Assembly (NCBI GenBank): GCA_002633005.1
Contig: NMRA01000470.1
Coordinates: forward strand, 268,219 to 332,218
Length of the DNA: 64,000 nucleotides
Origin: Phoronis australis
Taxonomy: Eukaryota; Animalia; Phoronida
Direction of reading: 5' to 3'
Part shown: positions 63,031 through 64,000 of the stretch, one piece after another
How the letters are laid out: every line of letters starts with the position of its first letter
Position numbering within the stretch: the stretch's first letter is position 1
Notes under the pieces: generated by a model
Told to the model about the DNA's origin: nothing
The model's input: only the letters and a program-made list of their open reading frames with translations
Databases searched by the model: none
Position numbers and translations under genes: made by a program

Positions 63031-64000
63031 CCAAACCATACAAATATAAAGCGACTCGTGGGAATCCCACCGTTAGTTGGTTTTTGTCAAATCAAGTTCA
63101 AAAGAACACTAACCAAGAACAGCCCTCCTGCTGACTTGTAGGCATGTCGCGTGAACGTGGGATAATGCAGAATTGATCTTTGACATGTTTCATTGGCTAA
63201 CATGTTCGGCTACTTTTGCACATTTCCGGATGTGCCGCAGAAAGTTTCGGACAATATAGCACGTGATAAAACATCACAAAACAGTGGTGTTTCTACTAAT
63301 TCTTAGACGATCAACTTGCCAAACTTTGTTGTGGAAAACAGTTATTTTTCAGGTAAGATGTCCTTATTATCAAATATCCACAACAAAATCCCTGGTATCG
63401 CACTGCAGTACTGGTTGGTACCATTGTTAGCGCGGAAGCAGTCCCGGCAGACGACCCTGACTTGGAAATGTGCGTCTCGTTTTTTATCGCAAAGTAGTTT
63501 TTGAGTCTCCAAGAAAACCCTTTACTTCTTGTTTCTGGGGCAATGAGCGGGACATACGAGTCGTTTGTCACATCATACACTATAGTACATGTGTTGTCTA
63601 TAATCTATGGTCACATGTTGTTGCTGACGTTAAATGTAGGCCTACTCCAGTAATTCAACTGCGTGAACTCACGCGGGCGCACCACTCCACACCTGCACAT
63701 AAAAACAGAACTGGCACAGTCCTAAATGAAAGAGTATATCGGCTTGGCTATGTTTAAGCACTCGGGTGCCAATGGTTTATTTGCCAATGACCTTAGTAGT
63801 TTCGCGGTGCTTAAGAAAGACCCGATGCTTTACGATATTGTCCGGGACCGATGTAGCCCAGAACTGATATTTTCCTGTTCCGATGTTCCCCGATCTATGT
63901 TCACTAGGCCCGATGTTCTATGCCTGTAGACAGCTATTCGGCAACTAAAGGGATAGATGCGAAATTGTGGCATGCAAATTTTTTATTCTTCTCTTAATAC

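Noticed and set aside
63672-63692. Minus-strand 20-nt AG..GTGAGT segment (VWSGAP) as a COMMD10 exon
   Set aside because: Phase is compatible, but there is no start codon and no similarity to known COMMD10 N-termini; not supportable without transcripts.

Overview
AT-rich animal genomic DNA. The Helentron/HINE, Harbinger, Kolobok, RTE and Penelope repeats and the protein sequences suggest a marine invertebrate, probably a lophotrochozoan (inference). I reconstructed two convergent spliced genes by hand from GT-AG sites and codon phases. (1) On the + strand, a complete class-1 (Sema-1a-like) transmembrane semaphorin: TATA/CCAAT promoter near 950-990, non-coding exon ending at 1106, signal-peptide exon 2063-2165, a 31-kb intron, then 14 further coding exons to the stop at 46096 (744 aa: Sema, PSI, Thr/Pro/Cys stalk, TM, tail ending KVKKVYL) and a probable ~4.3-kb 3' UTR. 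(2) On the - strand, COMMD10: six coding exons from 62129 to 54290; the first exon was not found and probably lies beyond the window. Introns and UTRs carry many non-autonomous DNA transposons and two decayed retroelements. Two tandem duplications each sit at a single 'n' and look like allelic haplotypes joined by the assembler; the larger pair differs by two MITE insertions. Best leads: modular phase-1 stalk exons including a hinge-like Cys cluster, a candidate alternative acceptor giving a secreted semaphorin, two Harbinger MITE subfamilies with co-varying TIR and internal motifs, and a hairpin upstream of the promoter. I see no clear evidence of a wholly new biological system.
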